63,201 nucleotides of DNA from Patescibacteria group bacterium (GTDB lineage: Bacteria > Patescibacteriota > Microgenomatia > UBA1400 > JAHJAY01). Below are positions 53,514 to 60,772 of this stretch, one piece after another (the stretch's first letter is position 1; the number at the start of each line of letters is the position of its first letter). The stretch is from the NCBI GenBank assembly GCA_018813815.1, contig JAHJAY010000026.1:1-63201 (forward strand). Reading direction: 5' to 3'. The notes beneath the pieces were generated by a model that did not search any database, was not told the DNA's origin, and worked only from the letters and a program-made list of their open reading frames with translations. Position numbers and translations under genes: made by a program.

Positions 53514-54296
53514 TTAAACCACATCGGCAAATAAGCCTTCAAGTTTTTTAAAGATTTTATAACTGACCAATAAAATTATTACACAAACCAAGATAGCGAT
53601 TCCCAGACTGTTAAAATTAGGCGGGGTTTGGTTAAAGACAATCTGGCGGTAAGCATTAACAAAAACCGCCATGGGGTTAAGTTTAAAAATAAACCGGTAT
53701 GATTCAGGCACGATTTCAACCGGGTAAATAACCGGCGTGAGGTACATCCAAAGAGTAATAATCAAGCCAAGAAGATATTGAATATCGCGGTAAAAAAGAT
53801 TGGCGGCAGCTAATAATAAACCCAGGCCAAAAGTAAAAATCAGCTGAGTTAAAAAAACCGGAATCAACCAAAAAATAGTTAGGTTGATTGGTATTTGGTA
53901 AAAAACCATAAACAAAACCAAAATACTGCTGGCCAGAAAAAAATCCACAATTTTTGCCAGAATAGTGCTAATGACAAACAGCTCCCGCGGTAAAGCAATC
54001 TGTTTGATCAAAGAAGCATTGTTTACCAAGCTGTTGGTAGCTGATTCTAAAGACTTGGCCAACAGATTCCAGGGCAGTAAGCCAACATACAGAAAAACCG
54101 GATAGGGAATTCCCCAGGAGGGCACTTTCATGACTACGGAAAAAATCAGAGCCATAACCAGCATTTGGAAAAAAGGGTTGAGAATCACCCAAAAATAACC
54201 CAGAACCGATTGTTTATAGCGGGCTTTAATTTCGCGCGCTGTCAGGTTCCAGAGTAATTCGCGATATTGATAAATCTGTTTAAGATAAACCAGCAC
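53514..54296 (-). CDS. ABC-2 type exporter permease (Wzm/TagG-like)
   Basis: 260 aa, 6 TM. N-terminal YRELLWNLTAREIKARYKQSVLGYFWVILNP, typical of ABC-2 permeases. GTG start. Confidence 0.87.
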   Translation of the reverse strand: MLVYLKQIYQYRELLWNLTAREIKARYKQSVLGYFWVILNPFFQMLVMALIFSVVMKVPSWGIPYPVFLYVGLLPWNLLAKSLESATNSLVNNASLIKQIALPRELFVISTILAKIVDFFLASSILVLFMVFYQIPINLTIFWLIPVFLTQLIFTFGLGLLLAAANLFYRDIQYLLGLIITLWMYLTPVIYPVEIVPESYRFIFKLNPMAVFVNAYRQIVFNQTPPNFNSLGIAILVCVIILLVSYKIFKKLEGLFADVV

Positions 54297-54352
54297 AGTT
54301 AAAGTATAACTTTTTAAAACCTAAAAATCCATTTGGATGTTATAATGCTAGT
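54297..54352. promoter_or_regulatory. 56-bp divergent promoter region
   Basis: Plus strand: TGtTATAAT 54338-54346, 6 nt, ATG 54353. Minus strand: TATACT 54308-54303, 6 nt, GTG 54296. Confidence 0.45.
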
Positions 54353-55672
54353 ATGAATATTGGCATTGAAGCCACAACAATTACCGGTGCTAAAGGCGGC
54401 TTTGGCGATAAAAGCGGCGTTTATCGTTACTTTTTCAATTTAGTTAAAAGTTTAAGTCAGGTTATTTCTAAAAAAGACAAGCTTTTTCTTTATGATATTT
54501 ACCAATTTGCGCTTAAAAATATGTCAGCCGATCTTTTGCCGATTTTAAGGCAGGACAATATTTATGGGTCATTGATTAAAGCGCCTCGGTCTTTTAAGTT
54601 GGAATATACCCAAATTGACGATATGCCGGTGATTCGCTGGTTTGCCAAAAAAATTGACAAGTATGTGATTGAACCCATGTCTGACCGTTTAGTCTATGGC
54701 CAGTTTATTAGAAAGATAAACACTGATCTTGAGCAAAATAAAATTAAAGTGTTTCATGTTTCTGAAACCGTTTACTTTGCCACTCCGGGAATTAAACAGG
54801 TAGCTACAGTTTGCGATATTATTCCCATTAAATTTCCTGATTTCCAAAAAGAAGAAACCGTTAAGATCCACATGCGGCGCCTGCGTTTTATCAGAGAAAA
54901 AAGCGACGCGATTATTGCCATTTCAGCCAATACTAAAAATGATTTGGTTAAAGAACTTCATTTTAATCCCAAAAAAGTCTTTGTTACGCCTTTAGCCGCT
55001 GATGAGGCCTTTAAACCGGTAAGCAGGACTGAGGTTTTACGCACTTTCCAAAAAGTTAATGAGGAAATTGAGATCAGCAAAAACACCCGGATTGATTATA
55101 AAAAATATTTGTTGTTTTTTGGAACTTTAGAACCGCGCAAAAATCTTGGTGTGCTTTTGGAAGCTTTTCGCGACCTTAAGAAAAGCGGCCAGTATCAAGG
55201 CAAGCTGGTGTTAGTTGGCGGCCGTGGCTGGGGAAAGATTCAGCAGAGACTAAGGGCTTTTGTTAAAGAAAATTTACTCCAAAAAGAAGTAATTTGTCTT
55301 GGTTTTGTCAGCGATGGAATCTTAAATGACTTAATTAACGGCGCTCAGGCAGTTGTTTATCCGTCCATATATGAGGGTTTTGGTTTACCGCCTTTGGAAG
55401 CCATGCAGGCCGGTACGCCGGTAATTACTACCAATGTTTCTTCCATGCCTGAAGTGGTTGGCAAAGCGGCCCTGCTTTTTAATCCGGCCGATCTTGAAGC
55501 TTTAAAAGCTTACATTTTGAACATTAATATTAAACCAAACTTGGCAAGAGAGTTAAGCCAAAAAGGCATTAAGCAGGCGAAGAAATTTTCCTGGAAAAAA
55601 ACAGCTGAACAAACATTAGAAATTTATCAACGTTTAGCCAGACAAAGAAAGACTTATGCGTATTGGTATTGA
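54353..55672 (+). CDS. GT4 (GT-B fold) glycosyltransferase
   Basis: YEGFGLPPLEAMQAGTPVI, FGTLEPRKN. Confidence 0.86.
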   Translation: MNIGIEATTITGAKGGFGDKSGVYRYFFNLVKSLSQVISKKDKLFLYDIYQFALKNMSADLLPILRQDNIYGSLIKAPRSFKLEYTQIDDMPVIRWFAKKIDKYVIEPMSDRLVYGQFIRKINTDLEQNKIKVFHVSETVYFATPGIKQVATVCDIIPIKFPDFQKEETVKIHMRRLRFIREKSDAIIAISANTKNDLVKELHFNPKKVFVTPLAADEAFKPVSRTEVLRTFQKVNEEIEISKNTRIDYKKYLLFFGTLEPRKNLGVLLEAFRDLKKSGQYQGKLVLVGGRGWGKIQQRLRAFVKENLLQKEVICLGFVSDGILNDLINGAQAVVYPSIYEGFGLPPLEAMQAGTPVITTNVSSMPEVVGKAALLFNPADLEALKAYILNINIKPNLARELSQKGIKQAKKFSWKKTAEQTLEIYQRLARQRKTYAYWY

Positions 55673-56783
55673 TGTTTCAATGTTGGTTTATGCCGGTTCA
55701 GGCGTAGCCAGCTATACTTTTAATTTAGTCAAAGGTTTACTTCAAATTGATAACCAAAACCAATATTGTCTTTTTTATTCTTCTTTAAGGCGGCCGAAAA
55801 ACTTTTATTATCTTGATGAGTTAAAACAACTAGGCGCTAAAGTTTATTCCTATCGTTTGCCGCCAACTTTGCTGCGTTTGCTTTGGAACCGCTGGCACTT
55901 ATTGCCGGTTGAATGGTTAATTGGCAAGGTAGATATTTGGCATTCTTCTGATTATCTCCGGCCGCCGCTTTTATCCGGCACTCAGGCAGTAACTACTTTA
56001 CACGATCTAACTTGGCAGATATTTCCTGAATATCATACTCAAGATGTAATTATTGCCCATCAAAAAAAGATGGCAAAAACTTTAACATATAATGATATGA
56101 TTTTGGCTGATTCTGAGCAAACAAAAGCTGATTTTATTCAGCACTATCCTCAGGCAAAAAACAAAATCATCTTGGCTCCTCTTGGTGTTGATGAGCTTTT
56201 TTTCAAGAAATGGCCAGACAAGGCGATCGGTAAAGCCTTGGAAAAATATGCCATTAAACCGCCTTATTTGCTTTATGTGGGTGCGATTGAACCGCGCAAG
56301 AATATTGATATTTTAATTAAGGCTTTTAATCTGGTGATAAAAAAACAGCCGGAATTGTCTTTGGTTTTAGCCGGCCGGGCCGGCTGGAAAAATGAGCAGG
56401 TCTTTGCAGCTGTAACTAGGCTTAATCTCAAAGATAAGGTTAAGTTTATTGGTTTTGTTGAAGACCGGGATTTGCCTTTAGTTTATCAAGGGGCAAAATT
56501 ATTTGTTTACCCTTCATCTTATGAAGGTTTTGGTTTGCCGCCCTTGGAAAGCTTGGCGGCCGGCACGCCGGTGGTGGCTTATAATTGTCCGAGCTTGCCC
56601 GGAAGCAATAAAAAAATCATTAATGCTCAAGTTTTAGCCACAAACATTCTTAAGCAGCTTGTCAACAATAAGGTTGAGCCAATTAAAATTCTCAATTGGC
56701 AGCAAGTAGCTCAAAAAACTTTAGCAGTTTATTTGGGTATTAAATCTTCAGCAATCTCTAAGTCTTCAATTTCCCCCAGTTGA
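55656..56783 (+). CDS. GT4 (GT-B fold) glycosyltransferase
   Basis: YEGFGLPPLESLAAGTPVV, VGAIEPRKN. The 3' end overlaps the convergent gene by 55 nt. Confidence 0.86.
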   Translation: MRIGIDVSMLVYAGSGVASYTFNLVKGLLQIDNQNQYCLFYSSLRRPKNFYYLDELKQLGAKVYSYRLPPTLLRLLWNRWHLLPVEWLIGKVDIWHSSDYLRPPLLSGTQAVTTLHDLTWQIFPEYHTQDVIIAHQKKMAKTLTYNDMILADSEQTKADFIQHYPQAKNKIILAPLGVDELFFKKWPDKAIGKALEKYAIKPPYLLYVGAIEPRKNIDILIKAFNLVIKKQPELSLVLAGRAGWKNEQVFAAVTRLNLKDKVKFIGFVEDRDLPLVYQGAKLFVYPSSYEGFGLPPLESLAAGTPVVAYNCPSLPGSNKKIINAQVLATNILKQLVNNKVEPIKILNWQQVAQKTLAVYLGIKSSAISKSSISPS

Positions 56784-58546
56784 TAATATTGATTTTCCCA
56801 AAGAATGGTTTTATAAACTAAGGTTTTATTGCCGACAGTTAAATTATTTTTTTCTGCTAGAACCAACTTGATGTTGTCTAATCCTAAACGGCCTCGATAA
56901 TTAGTGTAATAGTTGTTATGAGTAATAATCTTTTGGTTAGTCAGAAAATACTCTCGCCAGAACCTTTTCCACAAACTGTAGTCACCTAAATAAATGTCGT
57001 CGGTAAAAAAAGGTTGATTAAGTGATGCCTGATTAAGTTCGTTAAGGGAAATTAATGATGGGTCGATTATGGTCGGATGCCAATAAACCTGCTTAAGTAA
57101 GCGATGAGCTGACCGTGATGATAATCCGAATACCACTAATAGAACGGCCAATTTAATAATTTGATTTTTTATCTTTCCCAGCCAGCAACTAAGACCAATA
57201 CTAAACAAAACAACCAATATAAAAATCGCATAAGTAATTAATCTGAAGTAGGCATAAAAATTATTAATAATAAAACGATAACTTAAGCCAAAAGCCAAAA
57301 ACATCAATAAATAAACAGAAATTAAATCTCGCTGTTTTGTTTTTTTCAAGCCAAATAGCCAAATAGCCACTACGGGTAAACCAATCAGCCAGCCGAGAAA
57401 TTCTGGTATAGGGCGTGAATAAAAAAGATTATAAAATCCCATAATATCAAATGGGTTGGCATAATTAATTTTTTCCCAACCAATAAAAGTAGTGTCAGTG
57501 GAAAGGTGAAAGACTTTGAGAATTTGATAAATTGCTGTGCCAACTGTAATTGGATTAATCAGCACGGTGAGCAAAGTGATTTTACCTAGCCTAAGTAAAT
57601 GAAGTCGCCGGCTTTTGAGGTTAAATAGTCGCCAAATAACAAACATTACTAGTGGCGCCAGAGCAAAAACTAGACCCTCGGGGTAGATTGAGCTGATGGC
57701 AGAAAAGCTCAGGGCGATTAAAAAGTCGTATTTAGTAAAACGCCTGGTTTTGTCATTGCTATAGCTGATTAATAAAATTATTGTTAAGATAAAAACTCCA
57801 GTAAAAGCAAACTGGCCAAAAAAGACATGATAGAGGATATAAAATAAGGTTGAGTTTAAGCTATAACCAACAAACACCAACAATAACAAATATGGTTGGT
57901 GTTTTGGACCAGTTGTTTTAGCTAGGATATAGACTAGTGGAAAACTGAGAGCAAAAAGTAAATGAAGTAATATGGAAAAAATTTGAAATGACTGAAGCGA
58001 CAATAAGCTGGCAAAAAAACTTAATAACATTGGACTGCCCCAGCGATAGCTGTAATAAATTAGATCACCAACAGAAGTGCTAGCAGGTTTATAGTATTGA
58101 TCAGCCATACGTGGATAAATCGTATGATTAGTTAACCAATCAGCAGTTGTGCAATAGGAAATTGGGTCAAGATTACCAATTGTAAGCGTGGTTGGAAAAC
58201 CGGCTCGGACAATAAGAGGATAAAGGGTTAACAGTAGACCAAAGGTTGTCAATAGTCCAATAAAAAAATTTTCTTTAGTGATTTTAAAGTAAATCTTTTT
58301 CATAAAAATAGCGACGAGGTGAAGACTTGATGCAATAATCAAAATTATTTGATTAGCTTTACTCATAGGAATTTTAAGCAAAGAAAATATTGCTCCGATG
58401 ACTGAAATTAGGATAATCGCCAGCCAGGGGCTGAGCCAGAAATTCCAACGCTGTAGTTTCTTAGGAAGCATTAGAGCGCCAAAACCGTAACCAACAAAAA
58501 ACAAAATAATGGTTATTTTAAAGGTGAGAATAAATATTTCAATCAT
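56729..58546 (-). CDS. large polytopic membrane protein, unknown family (possible GT-C / glycan polymerase)
   Basis: 605 aa, at least 12 hydrophobic segments, soluble C-terminal tail of about 110 aa. 8-nt overlap (ATGATTGA) with the upstream gene. Confidence 0.5.
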   Translation of the reverse strand: MIEIFILTFKITIILFFVGYGFGALMLPKKLQRWNFWLSPWLAIILISVIGAIFSLLKIPMSKANQIILIIASSLHLVAIFMKKIYFKITKENFFIGLLTTFGLLLTLYPLIVRAGFPTTLTIGNLDPISYCTTADWLTNHTIYPRMADQYYKPASTSVGDLIYYSYRWGSPMLLSFFASLLSLQSFQIFSILLHLLFALSFPLVYILAKTTGPKHQPYLLLLVFVGYSLNSTLFYILYHVFFGQFAFTGVFILTIILLISYSNDKTRRFTKYDFLIALSFSAISSIYPEGLVFALAPLVMFVIWRLFNLKSRRLHLLRLGKITLLTVLINPITVGTAIYQILKVFHLSTDTTFIGWEKINYANPFDIMGFYNLFYSRPIPEFLGWLIGLPVVAIWLFGLKKTKQRDLISVYLLMFLAFGLSYRFIINNFYAYFRLITYAIFILVVLFSIGLSCWLGKIKNQIIKLAVLLVVFGLSSRSAHRLLKQVYWHPTIIDPSLISLNELNQASLNQPFFTDDIYLGDYSLWKRFWREYFLTNQKIITHNNYYTNYRGRLGLDNIKLVLAEKNNLTVGNKTLVYKTILWENQYYQLGEIEDLEIAEDLIPK

Positions 58547-60767
58547 GAATGTTTTCTTCTAAATAGGCTTGGTAAAATTTAGCCGCAAATTTTCTTCTGT
58601 CTTCACTATTGGGTATTACCTGAGACATTTGATATTCTTGGTCAAATATAAAGTGAACAAAGTTGATGCCGCTATTAAATTTTTGGTCAATAGGTATTTT
58701 GTAGGTTTTCATGTCTGGGGATAGAGTAAACGAGGTCACCTTTTTGTGGTTGACATATATAGCTACAGTTTGCGCTTTATAAAAAGCGGCCGCTCTAAAA
58801 TTAAGGTCGAGTTTTCTTGGCTGATTTAGTTTAAACATAATTGAAGATTTTTTCCAGGACCAACGAAAATCTTCTTCCGGAGTACTCCAGCCTCTACCTA
58901 AGAGAATAACATCATTGGAGCTGCTAAATTCAATTGATAAAAACTCTTGGCTATTTGGCACCCTTTCCCATAAAGAGAAAATCCCATCCTGTATAGTTTG
59001 AATAAAGCCCAAATCTTTTAAGACATTGGATAAAGTGGCCGCATAGGGTTCAGTATCATTAAGTAAAAAGTATTTTAAATCCAAAAAATCAATTGCCTCT
59101 AAACTTTTGTCTATGTCAATTTCTTGCCAATTAATCAGATCAGCCTGATCAATATTGCCGTTATGGGCAACATCGGGATCCATTAAGCGCCCAACATAAC
59201 CCCAAAAAGGGTTTTGTTGGTAATAATTTCTTTTGTAAAAAGCAATCCGGCCAAAATAACCAGCTAAAACTGGTTTACCATGGGTCATTTGGCCGGCAAA
59301 AAAATTAATATTATTGCCTTTACCTAAATAAACAAAGCCATCTCTGATAGTAGATGGCGCTTCCATGACAGTTATTTGAGCGGAATCATTGCGGATTTTT
59401 TCATAGGCTTGGTTAGGGAAAAAGTGCTGAGGGGGTGTGGGAACAATAAAATATTGATCCAAAAAAAACACCACTAAAAATATGATGCTAAAACCAATTT
59501 TAAATTTTTTTGATTTGTTTTTTAACAAATGATCTATCAGGTAGGCGGTCACAATGCAGGAGAAAAATGTCGTTCCGACTATCAATCGGCCCGGTACTCT
59601 AATATTAGACATAAAAGGCAAATAGTGAAAAAAAGCATAAGGCAGGGGAAAAACCAGACGAATACCATCACCAACATTTAAACCCCAGCGGCCGGCAATA
59701 TGGAGAAAGGGTCCAAGAGTTAAAGTTAAAAAAACTAGGGTGGTTAGTAAATAAGGGGTAAGCCTTAATACCATCTTTTTGGGAAGCTTCTTTTTAACAC
59801 TAAGCCATAATAAAGTAGCATAAGTACTAATAATAATGATGCCTACATAGGTGGAATTTTCAAATCGTCCCCGGCTAAATTCTAAATGCTTTTCCATAAA
59901 ATTGGCTATTGGTTTTAAAAAATAACTGTAGGTTGTCGGGATAAAAAAGCCTAATAAATCAGAAGAAAACTGGATTGCTCCGGCCCAGCCTTCAACTTTA
60001 GGTAAATCTTCAAAGAGGGAGCTTTGGTAAAGAGTTTTAGCCCAAGGATATAAAAACAGGACAATTAATAAAAAACTCAAGGCCAAATAGCGCCAATTTG
60101 CTTGAATTGTCTCCTTAGCCAATTTTTGTTTAAAGATTAAAGCATAAGTTGTCAATAAGCCAATAGATATGATTAAGATAATAAAATAATAAAGATTTAA
60201 ATAAAGAGTTAGGCTGAAAAATATCGCCAGGCTAATGGCGGCAATGAGTTTGACCAGCGGCTTTTTGATTTTAATTAAAGAGAAAAAACTGTAGTAAAAC
60301 CAGGGAAACATATAGACATTAATATAGGTCCAGTGGCCCATGCGTAGCATTAGAAATGTCATATAGCCATAACTTAGGCCAATTAAAAAAGAAGTTAACT
60401 CATCAACCTTTAAGCACCTAAGCAGGAAGTACATTCCCAGATTAGCGAAAATAACTCCACCAACAGTAAGAATGGCAAAAGTTTGATGAACTGAAAGCCA
60501 GGGTTTAAGTAAAAAATAGAAAAAACCATTACCAGTGTCAGTAGCGGTTAAATTAACGCCAAAAGGATAGAGAATAGTGTTAGTCGGGCTAAAGGGGTTT
60601 TTGCCTTCACTGATGTTTTGAGCTACTTGTTTCATGCCCCATTCAACCGCAAATACTTCGCCGAAGCGTTTGCCGGTTTGAGTATTGTCAACTAAGAGCT
60701 CCCCCCAGAATTTATGATAAAAAATTAAACTTACGACAATATAGGCCAAAAGGATTAATTTTTTCAT
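58539..60767 (-). CDS. large polytopic membrane protein with C-terminal extracytoplasmic domain (series D, copy 2)
   Basis: 742 aa. NPFSPTNTILYPFGVNL, RMGHWTY, IRVPGRL, TIRDGFVYLG. C-terminal EDFRWSWKKSSIMFKL beta-rich domain. Confidence 0.58.
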   Translation of the reverse strand: MKKLILLAYIVVSLIFYHKFWGELLVDNTQTGKRFGEVFAVEWGMKQVAQNISEGKNPFSPTNTILYPFGVNLTATDTGNGFFYFLLKPWLSVHQTFAILTVGGVIFANLGMYFLLRCLKVDELTSFLIGLSYGYMTFLMLRMGHWTYINVYMFPWFYYSFFSLIKIKKPLVKLIAAISLAIFFSLTLYLNLYYFIILIISIGLLTTYALIFKQKLAKETIQANWRYLALSFLLIVLFLYPWAKTLYQSSLFEDLPKVEGWAGAIQFSSDLLGFFIPTTYSYFLKPIANFMEKHLEFSRGRFENSTYVGIIIISTYATLLWLSVKKKLPKKMVLRLTPYLLTTLVFLTLTLGPFLHIAGRWGLNVGDGIRLVFPLPYAFFHYLPFMSNIRVPGRLIVGTTFFSCIVTAYLIDHLLKNKSKKFKIGFSIIFLVVFFLDQYFIVPTPPQHFFPNQAYEKIRNDSAQITVMEAPSTIRDGFVYLGKGNNINFFAGQMTHGKPVLAGYFGRIAFYKRNYYQQNPFWGYVGRLMDPDVAHNGNIDQADLINWQEIDIDKSLEAIDFLDLKYFLLNDTEPYAATLSNVLKDLGFIQTIQDGIFSLWERVPNSQEFLSIEFSSSNDVILLGRGWSTPEEDFRWSWKKSSIMFKLNQPRKLDLNFRAAAFYKAQTVAIYVNHKKVTSFTLSPDMKTYKIPIDQKFNSGINFVHFIFDQEYQMSQVIPNSEDRRKFAAKFYQAYLEENIHD

Positions 60768-60772
60768 AATAG

